From assembly GCF_006345805.1 (NCBI RefSeq), contig NW_021836179.1, positions 219,415-283,414 on the forward strand: a stretch of 64,000 nt of DNA, read 5' to 3'. Positions 59,966 through 64,000 of the stretch are shown here, one piece after another (within the stretch, counting starts at the first letter, position 1; every line of letters starts with the position of its first letter). The translations under genes were made by a program, and so were the position numbers. The notes under the pieces were generated by a model. The model did not search any database and was not told the origin of the DNA. It saw nothing but the letters and a program-made list of their open reading frames with translations. The DNA comes from Octopus sinensis (lineage: Eukaryota).

Positions 59966-60285
59966 TTGCATTCGGTACGATATGTTTATTTTGGTAGTTT
60001 TGACTTTAAGAGTCCCTCCTAGCGTGGGGCATTTATGTGTAATAATGCCCTCTATATAATATATATATATATATTTGCATTCGGTACGATATGTTTATTT
60101 AGGTAGTTTGACTTTAAGAGTCCCTCCTAGCGTGGGGCATTTATGTGTAATAATGCCCTCTATATAATATATATAAATATATATATTTGCATTCGGTACG
60201 ATATGTTTATTTTGGTAGTTTTGACTTTAAGAGTCCCTCCTAGCGTGGGGCATTTATGTGTAACACTGCCCTCTATATAATACAA
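59966..60285. repeat. ~110-bp tandem repeat, 3 copies
   Basis: TTGCATTCGGTACGATATGTTTATT...GAGTCCCTCCTAGCGTGGGGCATTTATG...(TA)n. Confidence 0.9.
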
Positions 60286-60377
60286 ATAAATAAATCCAAG
60301 TGGAAAAATTTACAGATTTTTTTCTCTTATGAAGATTTTATCCTATTTCTAAATTATAGATAAACATGTATGTATAT

Positions 60378-60520
60378 CTTACCTGTTATACAAATCAGTA
60401 TTTAGTGCGAAAATAGATTTGATTTCACCAAATCTCTGTCAAGAGAAGCAAGACACATCGATGCTGTTCTCGGCATCCAAAAGGTTTGCAGCGGAAATGG
60501 AAGCACTTAGCATCAAGGGA
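60378..60520 (-). promoter_or_regulatory. Candidate exon 1 of ZNF-C with donor CAG|GTAAGA (60382-60378)
   Basis: Strong donor ~1.8 kb upstream of the acceptor at 58557; no transcript evidence. Confidence 0.4.
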
Positions 60521-60724
60521 CAAAACTACCGTCTCCGCTCTCTAGTAATGTCTAATTTAATCAACTTCATCACACACCTGCTAATTGTCTAATTTAATCT
60601 GTTTTAATCTAACTTAATCTATTTTAATCTAATTTAATCGTTTGCACGCCTAAACTGAGGTAAAGTGAGTAATGATTAATATAAGTACGGTCTTCTCTTT
60701 AACTGCGTGGAATGTGAATATATC

Positions 60725-61480
60725 TGTTTCTTTATTGCCCTCAAAGGGGCTAAACACAGAGGGAGCAAACAAGGACACACAAAGGGATTGAGTCGATTAT
60801 ATCGACCCCAGTGCGCAACTGGTACTTAATTTATCGACCCCGAAAGGATGAAAGGCAAAGTCGACCTCGGCGGAATTTGAACTCTGAACGTAACGGCAGA
60901 CGAAATACCTATTTCTTTACTACCCACAACAGGCTAAACACAGAGGGACAAACAGGACGGACAAAGGGATTAAATCGATCACATCGACCCCAGGCGCAAC
61001 TGGTACTTAATTTATCGACCCTGAAAGGATGAAAGGCAAAGTCGACCTCGGCGGAATTTGAACTCTGAACGTAACGGCAGACGAAATACCTATTTCTTTA
61101 CTACCCACAAGGGCTAAACACAGACGGGACAAACAAGACAGACACACGGATTAAATCGATTACATCGACCCCAGTGCGTAACTGGTACTTAATTTATCGA
61201 CCCTGAAAGGACGAAAGGCAAAGTCGACCTCGGCGGAATTTGAACTCTGAACGTAACGGCAGACGAAATACCTATTTCTTTACTACCCACAAGGGGCCAA
61301 ACACAGACGGGACAAACAAGGACAGACAAAACGGATTAAGTCGATTACATCGACTTCTTCGACTGCATGAGGAAATTAAATTTTCAACCTCGGCGGAATT
61401 TGAACTTTGAACGTAAAGGCAGACGAAATACAGCTACGCATTTCGCCCGGCGCGCTAACGATTCTGCCAGCTCGCCGCCT
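60725..61480 (-). repeat. S1 SINE head followed by ~4 tandem S1 bodies
   Basis: Reverse complement of the unit at 35190-36310. Confidence 0.85.
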
Positions 61481-61706
61481 TTGAATCTGTGAATATATCG
61501 TAAAGAGGGACCTACTACTACTGCAGATCGCGAAGAGGTTGTGGAGAATATTTTACGTTGATTTCTGTATTTATTTAGTCGAGTTTCCTTAATTTCATAT
61601 CGTACCATTTTCACCAGATTTAGTTTTCGTTTGACCAAAATACTAAAAGTTTTTATGCATCTCACTTTTTCTGCCAATCCTCTACCATAACCAAATTTGG
61701 TCGGTA

Positions 61707-61894
61707 CTACTTAAGAAGAGTGGTCCCGGTGCGCGCACTCACGTACTCACGCATCCGGGCTAGCTAGTCGTGACTGGTCGATCCTTACTTTGTGTTTTTG
61801 TGTTTTATTTACTTTGCTAGGTAGTCGTTGTAGGATCGACTGGTCACGACTAGGCTACGCGAGTGCGCGCACCGGGACCACTCTTTTTAAGTAG
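61707..61894. mobile_element. Short fold-back MITE, TA-flanked, 36-bp terminal IR with 1 mismatch
   Basis: TACTACTTAAGAAGAGTGGTCCCGGTGCGCGCACTC (61705-61740) against 61861-61896. Confidence 0.8.
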
Positions 61895-62134
61895 TATCAA
61901 CTTGGTCTCCTAGAACCCCCTGGGATTTGAGAGTGTCTGATTCTCCTGTGTCCTGAGTGATTATTGTTCCTGCACATTTGCCACATACAAAGACGGCCTC
62001 ATCTCTTACTCTGCATGTAATTCCACTGTACCTCTTATATGTCCATAGCTTACACTAGGCGTAGTGAATAGAATTACTACTTACAATTCCGTTTTTTTCA
62101 TAACGAGCATGGCCGTTTTACCTGACGGAAACTC

Positions 62135-63180
62135 TTTACTCTTTTGCTTCTTTCAGTCATTTGACTGCGGCCATGCTGGAGCACCGCCGCTTCAGTCGAG
62201 CAAATCGACCCAGGGACTTATTCTTTTGTAAGCCCAGTACTTATTCTATCGGTCTCCTTTTGCCGAACCGCTAAGTAACGGGGACATAAACACGCCAGCA
62301 TCGGTTGTCGAGCAATGCTTGGGGGGACAAACACAGACACACACGCATATATATACACATATATACGACGGGCTTCTTTCAGTTTCCGTCAACCAAATCC
62401 ACTCACAAGGCTTTGGTCGGCCCGAGGCTATAGTAGAAGACACTTGCCCAAGGTGCCACGCAGTGAGACTGAACCCGGAACCATGTGGTTGGTAGACAAG
62501 CTACTTACCACACAGCCACTCCTGAGTCTTATCTGCTGTCTTTGCTAACAACAACATCACTAGGTTAACTTTAAGGTCCTTTGATTCCAGGTTTTGCTTC
62601 TGTGCCTGAAATTTCTTTCCCAGATATGAGGAACATTAATCACTTGGACATTCCTAACACAACCGTTTTTAACAATTTACGTACATTTAGAGAGACATGG
62701 AAGTGAGAAAGCTGTAGCGAAATATATGCCTGAATTGTGGTTGTGAGATTTGTAGGGAATACATTCTCTTTAGAACGTGAAATCTTCATACACAAAGAAT
62801 ACAGAGGAAGGGAAAATTCTCATCTTGTCATTGACAAATATAGTCACACTAGAGAGAACCCTTCCACTGTGCAAGATGTGTGACATGATTTTCTTTTCAA
62901 TCTGTTCTTCTTAGCCATAAACAGTCATGCAGAAGACAGATGTTAGAATTATGAAACGCATAAATAGTCTATACAAAGACAAAATTGTTTTAACTTTCTA
63001 CCATTCTATGGCGCAGGAGTGGCTGTGTGGTAAGTAGCTTGTTTACCAACCACACAGTTCCGGGTTCAGTCCCACTGTGTGGCACCTTGGGCAAGTGTCT
63101 TCTACTATAGCCTCGGGCCGACCAAAGCCTTGTGAGTGGATTGGGTAGAAGGAAACTGAAAGAAGCCCGTCGTATATATA
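62135..63180. mobile_element. S2 SINE (-, 62135-62525) and S2 head (+, 63009-63180)
   Basis: Family matches. Confidence 0.8.
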
Positions 63181-63184
63181 TGTA

Positions 63185-64000
63185 CACTTGCGTCGGAAAT
63201 TAATTAGCACTTCTCAAATTTCTACATTTTCTTACATTTTCTTAATTTAATTAACTTATTATCAGAAACGAACTCGTTTTTAATCAAAAATTTATTAAAA
63301 CATATCCCAGCACACCACATAATTGTTATTAATTGTGAAATTTAGTCAATATCTTGTTGCTCCTCCTTTGGCAGCAATGACAGCTGCTATGCGGGTCGGC
63401 ATGCTGTCTATGAGTGCCTGCAGGTACTGTGCAGGGATGGCCCTCCATGCAGCAAGAAGTGCCCCAAACAGCTTGTGTCGGTTCCTGTATTGCTGCACAT
63501 TCAAATCCCTACCCAATCGACTCCAGAGGTTCTCAATAGGGTTCAGGTCAGGTGACTGGCCAGACCAGTCCATGACCGTCACCCCATGGTCCTTGGCGAA
63601 ACTGGTTGTGAGCTTGGCTGTGTGGAAGGCGCGTTGTCCTGCTGGAGCACGTACTCCTCGCCACCAAAGAGGTATCCCGTACTATCTCAACGTACTTTGC
63701 TGCGTTGATGTTGCCTTCGACGGCATAGAGCCGCCCAACACCACTGTAGCTGAACGCCCCTCACACCATCAGACCACCCCCACCATGCTTCATGGTGGGA
63801 GCAATGCAGTCTTTGTTGAAGCGCTCACCCCTGCGGTGTCACACATGGACAGGCTTGTCACTGACGAGACTGAATTGCGACTCGTCAGTGAACATCACTG
63901 TCCACTACTGCTGCCTTGCCAGTCCATTGTTGTGGGCTGTAAGGAGCGGCTGTCATGGGCGGCCCTACAGGATTTTAACCAGCTTCCAGTAATCTGGTCA
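63185..64000 (-). mobile_element. Tc1-family (DD34E) transposon, right end; degenerate transposase running off the window
   Basis: FTDESQF...KHGGGGLMV, WSGQSPDLNPIENLW...SMPTRIAAVIAAKGGATRY; terminus TA-CACTTGCGTCGGAAATTAATTAGCAC. Confidence 0.92.

Overview
AT-rich, repeat-dense animal DNA, most likely an octopus (coleoid cephalopod). That assignment is inferred from tandem KRAB-less C2H2 zinc-finger genes, abundant tRNA-derived SINEs of octopus type, RTE 3' ends and TA/GAT microsatellites. The window is part of a C2H2-ZNF cluster: ZNF1 (+, 9 fingers), ZNF-A/A' and ZNF-B/B' (-, two copies of an ~11.3-kb tandem duplication) and ZNF-C (-, 18 fingers plus a stranded 6-finger tail). These genes share one layout: short non-coding exon 1, an intron, then one exon carrying the whole CDS. 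Inside the cluster lies an intronless ~5.55-kb reading frame (20524-26074), broken by two microsatellite-type frameshifts. Repaired, it encodes ~1850 aa with a helical N-terminus and about six tandem NHL-like beta-propeller modules. A truncated paralog of its last propeller (40143-40736) is almost identical in the strands but rewritten in short loop patches, which suggests diversifying selection. The ZNF paralogs likewise differ mainly at DNA-contacting residues. Other notable structure: a near-perfect 58-bp-stem hairpin between inverted SINEs downstream of ZNF1, 51-bp minisatellites in three ZNF first introns, a TTAA-flanked MITE filled with ~24 x 57-bp repeats, TA-flanked fold-back MITEs, mariner/Tc1/hAT/CR1/RTE remnants and a U6 pseudogene. 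All alignments and counts were made by eye; repeat boundaries are approximate.
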